Shown here in pieces: positions 36,710 to 49,330 of a stretch of 64,000 nucleotides of DNA. How positions within the stretch are numbered: the first letter of the stretch is position 1; each line of letters opens with the position of its first letter. The stretch is from Carcharhinus longimanus (lineage: Eukaryota): positions 78,917,065 through 78,981,064 of the forward strand of contig JASCQW010000098.1 of NCBI GenBank assembly GCA_030264375.1. The letters are read 5' to 3'. The notes under the pieces were generated by a model. It saw only the letters and a list, made by a program, of their open reading frames with translations, did not search any database and was not told where the DNA came from. The position numbers and the translations under genes were made by a program.

Positions 36710-37750
36710 AAAAGTCAACACAAAGTCAAACCAAATGGAAAAACCACGTCATTTGGATCTGTATGAAAGAATCATATTTCACCAGCTCCTCCCCGCGACT
36801 CTGAATACGGAGCAAAGACTGAAATATTTGCTAATGTTACAATTTGGAATGTCTTTCCGCTTCACACAAAATCACTCTCCTGTATTCCTTTCTTGCAGTT
36901 CTACTTGGTTAGTCATCCATTAAACGGACAAGGACAAAATCCCGCGAGTGCTACACTGACAGGGTTGAGAGAGGCTGCATCTAACACACTGACAGTTTAT
37001 TGGGAAACTTTACTGTTTCTTTCTAAAGCACGAAAGGCGCCACTGTCAAAATAAAACCCTTGAAATCATCGGGAAAAAGTCAAGATGTAAAATTAAAATA
37101 CTTACTTGGTAGAATCATGATGGAGCCAGGTTCCTTCGGCATTAAATGGTCTGATTAGGCCAACGTTATTAATGTGGCTACAGTGTCCGGTGTTCAGTGC
37201 CTTCTCAGTGACAGCCCCGAATCTAGTCGGGCTAGTAACTGTCACTCTGTCAATGTTAGCCGATGTCAATAATCCAGATTGTGGTGTTGCCTTCCCAAAT
37301 GAATATTCAAATCAATCTCACGATCCATCAGAAGAGCACAGCTTCTCGCCACATCCTCGTGCAACCAGGACTGAAAATATCCACATACCAGGAAATCCAA
37401 CCCCCAAACTGGAATGGGCTAATTCCTTGGAATCGGTTTGCATTGGGTGGGGCTTCCCAGGCATTACCGCTACATGTCAGCACAGAATGAAAAAATGCTG
37501 AAGGGTGCATCGGTTTTTTCTAAAAAACAGGCCAAGGAATCTGTCTCTGGAATTTTGCAAGATGACTGGAGATTGCTTTTTTATTCTCAGTAACTTTGTG
37601 CTGTACTTGCTTTTCTTGACTTTGCATGCACTGATCACTACTTTCACAGTACCAATAGGAAGGATGGCAAATATTCACTTCAGGCTATCTGGCTGGTTAT
37701 AATAATTGTTGGTGCGTTGTTATGCAGTGTATAACGATTTTTGATTTGAT
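36700..37750 (-). promoter_or_regulatory. Putative promoter/5'UTR region of the short STARD13 isoform
   Basis: Repeat-free, locally CpG-enriched sequence (ccccgcg, cccgcgag, ggcgcc, gtcggg) around the candidate first exon; no clear TATA box identified. Confidence 0.4.
37106..37142 (-). CDS. STARD13: Probable alternative first coding exon of STARD13 (MPKEPGSIMILP/K)
   Basis: ATG at 37142, 37 nt, strong donor A|gtaagt in phase 1, in frame with exon 31544; resembles the DLC1 isoform-2 N-terminus MCRKKPDTMILTQ-IEAKEA; sits in a CpG-enriched, repeat-free region. Confidence 0.75.
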
Positions 37751-39124
37751 TATTGTCACATGTGTTGGGATACAGCGAAAAGTATTTTAGAGATAATAGG
37801 GTTGTAAACCACTAAAATGGCAAATTGTCTCATTCCTAAAACAATGTTTCATATTTTGTGTTTAATCAATTTAAAGAATGCGTGCTAGCAGTGAACATTG
37901 CAACAGGCTTGTATGGTTTTCATCTGTGTGAAACGTTACATTGCCTGTCATCTGGTGCTATCTATAGTAAGCAACATAAAACTGCCAATGAAATGTCACA
38001 GCCAGAAGGACTTGCTCCGTTCATAGACATGAATTTCTAACTTGCAAACCACTAAACCAAATCAGATCAATAGCCTGTCACTTATTGCACTTACACGGTC
38101 GTGCTACTGACGACTAGAAACTGTTTTGCATCAATGTGAAAGTGCTACTTTTGCCTTTGTGCCACAGGCAAAAGTAAAATCAAATGTCACTCAAAAAGGG
38201 GGCAATTCTCAGTTGGCTGATCTGCTGTCAAAGCAGAATGGTGCAAGGTTAAACAATACTTCATTTCACAATTCCATGGGTTAAATGGCCCCGTTTCTGT
38301 TCTATAACTAATGGTAATGTGCTGCAGCGAAATGGGAACATCCTATTACAGGTTCACTTATGTAAAATAAGAATCTCTCTGGAGAACAGGTTTTGTCTCA
38401 TTCCCACTACAAATGGCCAACTTTTCACTTAAAGTACAAAAATCCAGATAACTCCACGATTAACAGCTGCAATATCCTAACGCATGACAGTATAGCAACT
38501 TTACAGGGTAGTTGTAGTTAAAACTAACAAAAAGCAAAAGCAGCTGCTGACTAATTAAGGGGTTGTGAGCAGAAATCATTTTCTCATAGCTCCTTGCTCA
38601 TAATCACAAAGCAGCTGTTTCTCCAATTCATTGTCCTGAAGAGACAGAAGAATGAAGAAATTTCTCAGTAGAGTGGCATTTAAAGGTTTGAGCTGTCAAA
38701 CAGCTTCAGAGATTAAATTGCTACCTCCATAGAGTGGGCTGATTTGAATATGACCCATCAATTTCAACAGAATATTTGATTGATGCTGAAGTGAACAAAA
38801 ATTAAGAGCACTTCAGGATTTGATGTTCTGAGAATGTTAGCCCTCAATCTATTGAATAAATGATTGCTTCTGTTAGTTAGGTTGACAGGTGCTGTTTCAA
38901 GGATTCAGGAAGGGAGCAGGGGCAGTCTAGTTACTAAAGGGGATGGCAGAGACAAGCATTATACATTAGGCAATAAAATGAGTCTTACAGGCAGTTTTCC
39001 TTTTCTGTATTTCTCTATTTTCTGCCCCCAAAATTGTTCATGGGACAACTGCAAATGACTGTTAAGACCTGTTAATTCTAGATTTGTAAGCTGACAAAAA
39101 GGAAGATGTGGCAGTTCTTTCATC

Positions 39125-39455
39125 CTTTAAATGGACAGAGGCTGTAGTTGGCAAGGCCAGCAATTGTTGCTCTTGCCTAAATTTTCTACAGTGTAGTTAA
39201 GTGTCAACTACATTGCTGTTGATCTGGAGTCACAGGTAGGCCAGACAGGTAAGGATTGCAGATTTCCTTCCCTGAAAGGCATTTGTTTCACAATGATCAA
39301 CAGTAGTTATCATTGAGGCTAGCTTTAACTTCAATTAATAAAATTTGGAATTTAAATCCACCATCTGCCATGGTGGGATTTGAACCCGTGTCTCTGGAAC
39401 ATTAGCCTGGATATCTGGATTACCAGTGCACTGCTATTATGCCATCATCTCCCCC
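39125..39455 (-). mobile_element. tRNA-derived SINE (second family)
   Basis: Reverse complement of a head gggggagatgatggc...gtaatccaga...gggttcaaatcccaccatggcag and tail ...gctggccttgcca. Confidence 0.7.
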
Positions 39456-39607
39456 TCTGAGAAACTGGATGGCCAAGTAGTAACCAACTCACTACTCAGC
39501 TAAAGCTCACTTAATGTAACATTGCTATAGCATTTTTCTGCATCATAGGTTCCACTGAAAATGTTTTCTTTATGTCTCCTGATGCACCTTGGGATTTGAC
39601 TTTTAAA

Positions 39608-39885
39608 AGGGGAGATAGTGGTATAGTCACTGGACTAGTAATCCAGAAATTTAGAAGTAAAATTCTAATGATGAGCATGAGGTAGTAGTAAAAAATCCAG
39701 TTCAGGGACATTATTTAGGCAAGGAAATTGGCCATCCTTACCTGGTCTGACCTACGTGCCATTCTAGATTCACAGTAAGGTGGTTGCCTCTTAAATGCTT
39801 GCAACTCGGTTAAAGGGCAATTAGGAATGAGCAATAAATGCTCACCTAGACAGCGATGCCAGCATCTCATGAATGAACAAAAAAT
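39608..39885 (+). mobile_element. tRNA-derived SINE (second family)
   Basis: ggggagatagtggtatagtcactggactagtaatccaga...gccatccttacctggtctg...gggcaattaggaatgagcaataaatgct...atgaatgaacaaaaaa. Confidence 0.7.
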
Positions 39886-42419
39886 AACAGTAGGGTGATA
39901 TTAAGGCACTCTTACATACAAGTGCAAGCTGTTGTTGTTCATTATATTTTATTGGTCAGTACTGTTGTGAAAAAGAAAACCTATCACAGAATGTAGGTTC
40001 CACATCAAAAGACACAACTGAGCTTTTAAAGTTTGCTGCCCACCCATATTTTTAACCAACTGAGCAGCACATGCTCCAGGGGACTTTAAATTCATGAGCA
40101 GAAGCTGTTAAGAGCTTCGCTGCATTGCTCAGCTGTAAATGTCATTCTTCTCAAGAAAAACCCAAAATGTAGAAGGTTTAGATAAAGGGTAATATCAAAA
40201 CTCACCAAAAGTTCATCTAAGTACAATGCATGCAAACGAAAGTGTAAACTATGTTTAAAACATGATTCAAGTCTACGCTGCTTTTCAATATCAAACTTCC
40301 AAGATCAACAATTGAATGCTTTGCTTCTAATCTACAAATCAACCTTTCAAAATCTAGAAATGACTAATTGGTGAATTGGGCTGCAAATATTTGTTGCTCT
40401 ACTTCACTCCCCAGAGCAAGTTTAACATCCTGGACTGGTACTTGAGCAGCTAAGTTACTGTAAGAACACTGGAGGCGCAAAAATGATAACAGCAGATGGG
40501 TCCTGATCACAACTTCCTGTTGGTAAGACCAAGTTTGCATAGATTTAGGCCAGAAAAACTCTGAAGTTTCCTATGTTCCCTAGCTCTTGTCTTGCCAGCA
40601 AGTCTTTGCTACATTTTTCATTTACTTAAATTGGTACTTTTTTTTTTAAAAAGGGATATGTAGCCTCCTTATTCATTTCAATACAGATGTGAGGTTGCAT
40701 ACTTTGAAGTTCACTTGCTAATTGCAGGTTCTGTCCTCCAGATGAATCAACCAAAAATGGTTCAAAGTATAAACTCTGGAGTTTTTTGATGACAGATAAT
40801 GGCACAAAGATAAATTTGGTGACATTGTCAATTAATGATCAATTATCTATAAAAGGATGGATCTATACAATTGGGGCAGGACTGTGGATGCTGGAGTTAA
40901 ACAGCATAGGGCTTCCTGCTGCTCCCTTGATCTGACATATGTGGTAATAACATTTCCAATCTAAATCCTTTCAGAATTATTTACATCCAAATCTGGTTCT
41001 GTTACAGTTAAACATCAATAAGACTCTTCGTTATTAATGAGGAACAAGTCAAAAACCCTATCCAGAATATCTTGATGACAGCTAAATAATTTAGCTGGGC
41101 ATATTTCCAATCTGCTTACTCAAGCAATTCCAATACCACTCCCAAACACTTTTTTAAAAGCAAATCGGTATAAAGAAATATTCCTCAACCAGTCTAAAGT
41201 TGCTTACTTGTCTGTTTTCTTGTTACTACCTTATTTGTTTATTTTGGCGAGAAAATACATGTCTGTTCTAGGCATTCACTCCAACAAAGCAGACAGGATA
41301 ATTTTAACCAAGTTGTAATTCCCCTGCTGAATTACTCATAAGGCTCCTCTACTGGGAAAACAGTGATATCAACTCATCAGTTTAATTATTATACTGTACC
41401 AATATTATTTCCCTGCAATCAACTGTTAATTGTTTCTTTTGCAGTGATTTTCTGACAGCAGCCATCAATCTTTCAGTGAATAGCAAAGAGAACTTAGATT
41501 TAAATAAAGCTGACATACAAAAAGGTCAATTCTTGCATTAAATAATAAAACACTGCAATGAATTTGAAAGGCTCATTTAACAGTATTGATGTAATCCTAT
41601 CAAATCTACTACTATCTAAAATCAATTCAAAAGGTACCCATTAGTCCAGGCACAGTTTACCTGGTCATCTCCTATAGTCCTCACGAGACCATTTACAGCC
41701 TCCTTTGGAATATTGGAGAGCTGTTATTTGTGAAATAAATCAAAATTGAATGCCGTTCCAAATGTATGGGGGCAAGATAGGGATGGAGAGAGGAAGACAG
41801 AGGGGATTGTGCATGCATGTTGTGCATTAAAATCTGATAAGATTTTAATTTCTGTAATTCACCCACATTGAATGAGTTATTTGACAAAAACACTCCAATA
41901 CTTCTGCCACTTTGGATGTGGCAATAGTGTTTGAGGGGTGGTGGCATGGCAAGATTTGGGGCTATCTAGTACAATCCATTTCAGTTCTGAACCATACCCA
42001 TACTTCAAAATCCAGGCTGGTGTGTTAATGGCTTAACATCTGATTTGTAGCAACACAGGAAAATTGGCTCTTCAATATAAAAGAAAATCACACAAAGTCT
42101 GACTTAAGTGCTAACTGATAAGCCCAGCTCCTTCCTCCAAGTTTCCTGTAACTAAAGTACAAGTGTAACTGAACTATGCAGGAAACAATGGAGCTTCTTA
42201 CTATTAATAAGCACTTGGGAAAATACACTTCTTCCCCTTACCAAAATTTAAACGACAAACTCAGGTCAGGTTTTATGTAGTCAACTGTTAAAAGCCCACC
42301 ACTCCCCTCAAGGTTTCCATCCCAACTAATTTTCTTACTTTGAATGTTGGTTTTATTATCACTCGCAAGTTTAATTCAATTTTTAATTTGTTAATTTTGG
42401 CAGAAAATGCAAATATGAA

Positions 42420-43420
42420 GGTTACTGGTAAAATAGAAACTAAAGAGGAGACAACCATTTGACCCAACAAGCCTGCTCCACCATTCAGTATCCTCTATTT
42501 CAATATTTTATTTCCACTTTCTCAATGGCATCACAATCTAAGCGATCTCCTTCTCAAATACTTTGTGTGACTTGGCCTCCACAGCCTTCTGTGGTAGAGC
42601 GTTCCATAGATTCACTTGCCTTTGAATGAAGAAATGTTTCATCATCTCAGTCCTAAATGGTCCACCCCAAATTCTAAGGCTGTGTCCCCTGGTTCTAGAT
42701 TTCCCAACTAAGGGAAACATCCTTTGTGAATTTAGTCTGTTGGAATTTTATATTTTTCAATCAGCTCTCCTCTCATCCTTTTCAAATCTAGTGAAGACAG
42801 GCCCAGTTGAGTCAATCTCTCCTCATAGGACAGTTCCAACTACCCCAGTATCAATCTAGCAAACCTCCACTGCACTCCCTCTATGGCAAGTATATCCTTT
42901 CAGATAGGGAGACAAAAATTACATACAAATACCCCAGGTGGGGGTCTCTCAAAGATCCTGTATAACTACAGTAAGACAACCCTACTTCTGGACTCAAATC
43001 TTCTGGCAAAAGGCTAACATATTATTTGCCTGCCTAATTGTTTACTGCACTTGCCTCTCCTTCATTGACTGGACACCCAGATTCCTTTGTACATCCACAC
43101 TTAACATAGCACTATTTAAATAACTCTTCCTTTCCGCTTTTCAACTTCACATTTAGCTACTTTGTACTGCACTTGTTGTTTGTGCACTCATTCAACTTGT
43201 CTAAATCACCTTGAAGCCTCCTTACAACTCAATTCCACCCAGGTTTTGTGTCGTGAGCAAAACTGGAAATGTTACATTTGATTTCCTCATCCAGGTAATT
43301 TATATTTTGTGAACAGCTGGTGTCCAAACACTAGACCCAAGCACTGAACTTTAGTACCCCACTAATCACTGCCTGCCACTTGGAAAAAGACCCATTCATT
43401 CTCACTGTATCCTGTCAACT
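42420..43420 (-). mobile_element. CR1-type LINE 3' fragment
   Basis: Minus-strand MFPLVGKSRTRGHSLRIWGGPFRTEMMKHFF...VNLWNALPQKAVEA. Confidence 0.88.
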
Positions 43421-44011
43421 AATTTTCAATTCTAGATATTGTATCAAACTCACCTGTTCTTTAAGACCCAAGGACTTAGATACCCTGTAATGCTATTTTC
43501 TGACAATTCTCTTCAAATAGGGAAATGGTGAAAGCGTTTTTATAAACATGCTTTCATGCATATATGCATAATCACATATCTATTTACTGCTTAATGAATG
43601 TTACATCTCAAACTAACCAATGCTGTGAAAATATTCTAGAAAATTGCAGGCTGTTTATAATTCATTTAATGCCAGATTCAATGTGGTAAGTGTCTAAAAA
43701 GGCTCTATCCAGCACACAGCCAAATGTCCATTTCCCTTTCAAAAAGGTTTTCTGTTAGTATCAGCATCCTTAATGAGAAATCAAACTACACTGGCATTCT
43801 GCAAAGTATCAGATAGTAAATTCTCCACGAGTGATTATTCAGATAAAAATAAACTCTTACATCTGCACAAATTGGATTACATGCATTCCAGTGAAATACA
43901 TCAATTCAGATTTTGCAGTCAGTGGTGACTAAATGGCGCTAACTACTCATGGGACTTGCCTACAATCTTTAGATAAGAATTAATGTTCCTCCAAGAGTGA
44001 AGCTACATGGT

Positions 44012-44283
44012 TTATTTATTCTGGTCACAAGTAGGCTTACATTAACACTGCAATGAAGTTACAATGAAAATCCCCTAGTCACCACATTTAGCACCTGTTT
44101 GGGTACACTGAAGGAGAATTTAGAATGGCCAATGCACCTAACTAGCATGTCTTTCAGACTGTGGGAGGAAACCCCCACAGACATGGGGAGAACATGCAGA
44201 CTCCACACAGACAATCATCCAAGTCTGGAATTGAATCCAGTCCTTGGCACTGAGAGGTAGCAGTGCTAAACACTGTGCCACCC
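44012..44283 (-). mobile_element. HE1-type V-SINE, alternative-tail subfamily
   Basis: ttatttatt..gtcacaagtaggcttacattaacactgcaatgaagtt...cagtgctaaacactgtgccacc. Confidence 0.88.
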
Positions 44284-45489
44284 TTAATTCTTCCAATAAT
44301 GGGGGGAGCACACACCGTCAGGCATACCTTGGTGAGCTGTCTGCGGGTTACTGAGAATCAAGGAATGACGGGGAGTATTTGTGGACTCTTGAACAGGCAC
44401 CGACTCCCTGAAAGGTTCTTCTGAAAGCTCACTCCATTCCAATCTCTCTGGCTCTCTTGCCAGGCAGAAACTGCTTGATTAATCTTGACAAGCACAGCCC
44501 ATTCCCCTTCTAAAGCCTCCATCACTTGCTTCCAGTTCAGGGCTTCTGCAATCCCAGCAGTAGTCACCAATCCCAGGGTGCTGCAAGACTGATGAGTTGT
44601 TGGCACCTGGGATTGCTGGTAGTTCCTGTAGATGGACTCTTCATGTTCAAAGCCTAGAATCCTGACTGTGGCAACAGACTGCTTGTTGGTCATTTGACTT
44701 AAGTTAGTGGTGCTGGGCCAATTTACTATTAAGGATAGTGGCTTCTACTGTTAAAGTAAAGAGGAGACAGGGCAAAGTGTCCAGGAGAAAAGGTAAAGGG
44801 AGGCAGAAATATCATCATTGGGGCAGCTTCCTAAATGAAGACACGCGTGGACATTGGAGGGAGCTTGCATTACAAAAAATGAGATGAGACCTCTCCAAGT
44901 CATAAATGGGAAATGGGGGAAATGATACAAGCCTTTTCATGTTCAGGTCAGAGGTCCAATAGCAGCATGAAGTTTTATTTATAGGCAGGACAGTCAGCTT
45001 GAAGCATCACTGAAAGTTTAATACTAAATGAAAACTGTGCCAACATTACAAAGACTGAAATAATTTATATAGAATCTTTCACAATCTGGAGACTCAAAGC
45101 AGTTTACATCAATAAAAGGAGACTTATGAAATACAGTCTGTTACTATGCAGGACATGGTAGCAGCCATGCAAGGTCCGCAAACAGCAAACAAATCACTGA
45201 CTGTTGATCGGAAAACCGGCAGTCAGGTCATCAAAAAAGTTAATCCTTCTGTTTCAAACAATACCATAAAACGTGGATTTGTTACGTCACCTAAAGTGGT
45301 GGTTACCACAACTACTATTTATATCATGCTTCTCTTGTAGAAAAACATCCCAAGGCGCTTCACAGGACTATTAAACATAATTACTACTGAGTCACACAAG
45401 AAGATTTTAGAACCAATCACCCAAAAGCTTTGTTGAAAAAGTAGGTTTTAAAGAGCGTCTCAAGAGGAAAGGGTCTAAGGGTTAGGCCA

Positions 45490-46998
45490 GAAAACTATAG
45501 GTCCTCAGTTTGACAGTGATAAAATTATTGGAAACAATTCCAAGAGACAGAAGACACTGTCACTTAAAAAGGCACAGATTGATCAAGGATAGTCAGCATG
45601 GTTTTGTTAGAAGATTGTGTCTTATTAACTTATACTGCTCTACCCTCAACAATCCTCCTTGCTACTTCCTCAAAAAAGTCTATGTTGTCTACACGGATTT
45701 CAGCAAGGCATCTGACAAGGTCCACATGGCAGACTGGTCAGAAAAGTGAGATCTCAAGGGATACAGGGGAAGGTGGGAGGTTGGATCCAAAACTGGCTCA
45801 GTAATAGGAAACAATGGTCGAAGGATGTTTTAGTGAATGGGAAACAGTTTCCACAGGGCTGAGTCTAGGGGCCATTGCTACTTTATATCATATTGATTTA
45901 GACTTGTGTGTGAGAGCATGATTGGGAAATTTGCAGATGACATGACAATTGGCCCTGTAGTTGATAGTGAAAAGGATAGCTGTTGACTTCAAATGATATC
46001 AATAGTTTGGCCGAGTGGTTAGCAAAGCGACAAATGGAATTCAATCCAGAGGGATAGGTAATGCATTTGGGGAGGGAAAACTCTAAACTCAATATCGAGG
46101 GGCGTTGAGGGATAGAAACCATAGAAAATTATAGCTCATAAATAGGCCTTTTGGCCCTTGTCTGTGCTGAACCATTTCTCGCCTAGTCCCACTGACCTGC
46201 ACTTGGACCACATCCATCCACGAACCCATCCAAGTTTTTTTTAAAATGTTAAAAGTAACTTCGCATTTACCACTTTATCCGGCAGCTCATTCCACACTCC
46301 CACCACTCTGTGTGAAGAAGCCCCCCCCCTATCTTGGGGTGTATGTCCACAGATTCCTGAAGGTGGAAATCCTTCTCAAGAAAGCATACAAAATGCTTTC
46401 CTTTATTGGGCAAGATATTGAATACAAAAGCAGGAATGTAATGATGGAACTTTATAAAACATGGTTAGGCCACAGCTGGAATTTTCTGGTCACCACGTTA
46501 CAGGAAGAACTTAATTGCTCTGGAAAGAGTGCAGAGGAGATTTACATGAATATTGCCAGAAATAGCTCAGAGATTAGATAGAGTAGGATTGTTTTCCTTA
46601 GAAAGGGGAAGAATCAATGGTGACTTAATGAGGTATAGGATATTATGAGGGCCTTGATAGGGTAGACAGAAAATACTTTTTCCTAGCTGAGGGATCAATT
46701 ATAAAAGGGGCATCAATTTGAGTTGACTTGTAGAAGGATTAGTGGGCATGAAGAAAAGTTTTTTTTAACCCAAAGAACAGTGGGCATCTGGAATTCATTG
46801 CCTAAATTGGTGATTGAAGCCGACGTGCTCAACTCATTTAAAAATGGTACTTGGATCTGCATCTGAAGTGCTGTGACCTACAAGGCCAAGGAACAGATGC
46901 TGGAAAGTGGGATCAATGTGCAGCTAATTTATTTTTTCTCTTTGGCTGGTGCAAACAATGGGATAAATGGCCTCTTTCTGCACCATAACTTTATGCTC
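45490..46998 (+). mobile_element. CR1-type LINE (RT region and 3' end) with a nested inverted CR1 tail at about 46115-46330
   Basis: LIKDSQHGFV, VVYTDFSKASDKVH, KFADD, KKAYKMLSFIGQDIEYKS; tail aatggcctctttctgcacc. Confidence 0.88.
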
Positions 46999-47197
46999 CT
47001 ACGGGAAGGGAGATTTAGGGAGAGAATTCCAGAGTTTAAGAATAGGCAGCTGAAATTATGATTGCAATGATGTAGTGATCAAAACTGGGCTTGTTCAAAA
47101 TGTCAGAATCTTAAGAGCACAAAAATTTCAGAGGGTTGTACAACTTGAGTTTTTCAACTGATGCAAAAGACAAGACAAAATACATGGCTTAAATGTA

Positions 47198-47500
47198 CAA
47201 AGAACAAAGAACAACCCAGCACGGGAAACAGGCCCTTCGGCCCAATAAGCCCACACCACCATTTCAACAAAGCATTTTCCTACACCTACTCTGCCCCGTG
47301 TGTATGTGAATGGTACCCCTAATGTAGCCAGATTCAGGGGAGAATAGTGTAGGGTCAATTTGGTACACCAATCAGCCTAAGAGCACATCTTTGGGGTGTG
47401 GGAGGAAACCGGAGCGCCCGGAGGAAACCCACGCAACCACTGGGAGAATGCGCAAACTCCCACAGACACAGGCCCAAAATCCATGTATCTGCACAGCTAG
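47198..47500 (-). mobile_element. HE1-type SINE body with CR1 tail (head lost)
   Basis: caaagaacaaagaacaa...ggcccttcggccca...cacatctttggggtgtgggaggaaaccggagcgcccggaggaaacccacgca. Confidence 0.75.
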
Positions 47501-47535
47501 CAGTGATAGTCACTGAGCTGTTGTGGTGCCCATCG

Positions 47536-48212
47536 TTCGTTGCTATTGCGGGGATGCCTAACATACAGGGGGCCATTGACTGCACACGTTGCCCTCAAGG
47601 CCCTGCTACAGAATTTGTGGAAATTCAGCAACGGAAAGGGATTCAGCTCCGAGTGTTCAACTCGTGTGCGATCACAACATGAACATTATGCATGTCTGCA
47701 CAAGACATCCAGGTAGTGTGCATGACAGCTTCATTGTCAGGAGCTCAGACATCCCGGAGACATCTGAGTGGGAGCCCAGGCTGCGGGGGTGGTTCCTCGG
47801 TGATATGGGTTACCCACTTCGGACATGGCGGATGACGCCTGCGCAGAAGCCTGTGACTGAGCTGGAGATTCACTATAATGAGGCTCCTGTAGCCACCCAG
47901 GCAATAGTGGAGAAGTACATTGGGCTGCTCAAAATGTCATTCCGATGCCTAGACCAGTTTGGTGAGGCCCTTCAATACAACCCAGTGATCTCTTCCCACT
48001 TAGTGGTCATGTAATGTGCCTTGCACAATCTGGCTCTGTACAGAGGTGACATATTGGAGGACATGGAGGCTGACCAGGCAGGCGTTGCTGGGGAGGATGA
48101 CCAGCAGAAGGAGGAAGAACACGCTGAGTAACACCAAACAGACGCTGGAGGGCTGGCCTTCCAAATGAAACATGCAAGGGAGGGCCTGATCACCAGGCAG
48201 TTCACTCCGTAG
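47536..48212 (+). mobile_element. PIF/Harbinger (HARBI1-like) DDE transposase relic
   Basis: FVAIAGMPNIQGAIDCT...VQLVCDH...HPGSVHDSFI...WFLGDMGYPL...YNEA...VEKYIGLLKMSFRCLD...CALHNLA...AREGLITRQF, with frameshifts and stops; 5' part missing. Confidence 0.9.
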
Positions 48213-48699
48213 AGGTTTGTGTCGAGAGGTTTCAACCCCCCCTTCCCAAATTCCTTCTATATCCTGTAATATTGTGTCACACCAGTGTGGTGGGGACTCT
48301 GTTGCTGAGTTTTTGGCAGCAGGAGGGTGATGACTCTAAGCATCATTATGATGATGCCCTGGTGAAAACTAGTGTGACTCCTACCTGAGCTTTGCATGCA
48401 TGCTGGTACCTGGGCCCAATTCTGTGTAGTGGGTAAAGGATCTGAAACCCCCATACTGGGCCCTAGGGTGGGGAACGGGAGGGAATCACTCGTGGAGTCT
48501 AGGGAACCAATGACTTTCTTTTCTCAATGACACAGCTTTGAGGGCCCTCCCCAACTAACATCAATATGAAACATCTCTTAGGTGATCATCAATGGAAGAG
48601 GATTCCTGGTCAAGACAAATTAGTCACAGATGGTTGGTGAAAAAAACATGTAACTGCAATAAAGCTGTTTAAAAAAAGATGCTCTAAATAAAAACTTGT

Positions 48700-49330
48700 G
48701 AGCAGAAAACGTTAAGGTGCTTAAATATCTTTCTAACTAGTGCAGCCCTTCACCTGTGCCATCTCAGTGCAACTACAACTTCCTGACCTTACATGACTTA
48801 CCCCGACGTCTCAGTGACTCTCCAGAATGTACATCGGAGGTGGATGGGGCCAGCTGCCTACCGTGACCCATGGCCTGTGATCAGCATGATGGGCGTCCTT
48901 TGGAGGCCCTGAACCTTGAGGACCCTGCCTGCTTCTAGGTGTCTCAGATGTTTCCATGATACTCTCTTCATCTGCCCATGGGATGCCCCTGTATCAGGAA
49001 GGGGGGAGTAAGAAGGTGTAGCCACAGCCACAGTCTTCTAGCTGGAAGGCCCTGGCATGGGTTTGAGCCCTTCCTCCTCCCTTGGGGTTCCTGTGGGCAC
49101 TTGGATCATTCCATGGCACGGTGGTGCTTCTGCAATGAGCTCTGATGTCACCTGGCACTGCCCATCCTGGAGGTCCACCGGCATCCTACCCATGGTGGTC
49201 GAACCCTCTGCAATGGCCACGAGTCAGGGGCCACCTCTCAATGGCCGCAGCAGGTGCCCTCTATCAAGGAAATGCATCTACTCTTGATTGGACTTGAGGG
49301 AGCTAAGCAGGTACTGATGAGACTCCATAC
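48700..49330 (-). mobile_element. Probable decayed second (Myb/SANT-type accessory) gene of the Harbinger element
   Basis: GC-rich, convergent with the transposase; low-complexity Pro/Gly/Ser-rich fragments (ORF 49038-49220); Myb domain itself not seen. Confidence 0.4.

Larger units (their letters stand above)
1038..37142 (-). other. STARD13: STARD13 (DLC2) gene, 5' portion; remaining RhoGAP/START exons lie beyond position 1
   Basis: Seven minus-strand exons with GT-AG ends and consistent phases splice into ...IEAKEACDWLRAAGFPQYAQLYEDSQFPI...TTSSESVLTDLSEPEV...SIYDNVPGSHLYASTGDL...HGWTWSVPKFMKR...LDQ. These strings match human STARD13 better than DLC1 or STARD8 as recalled. Confidence 0.9.
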
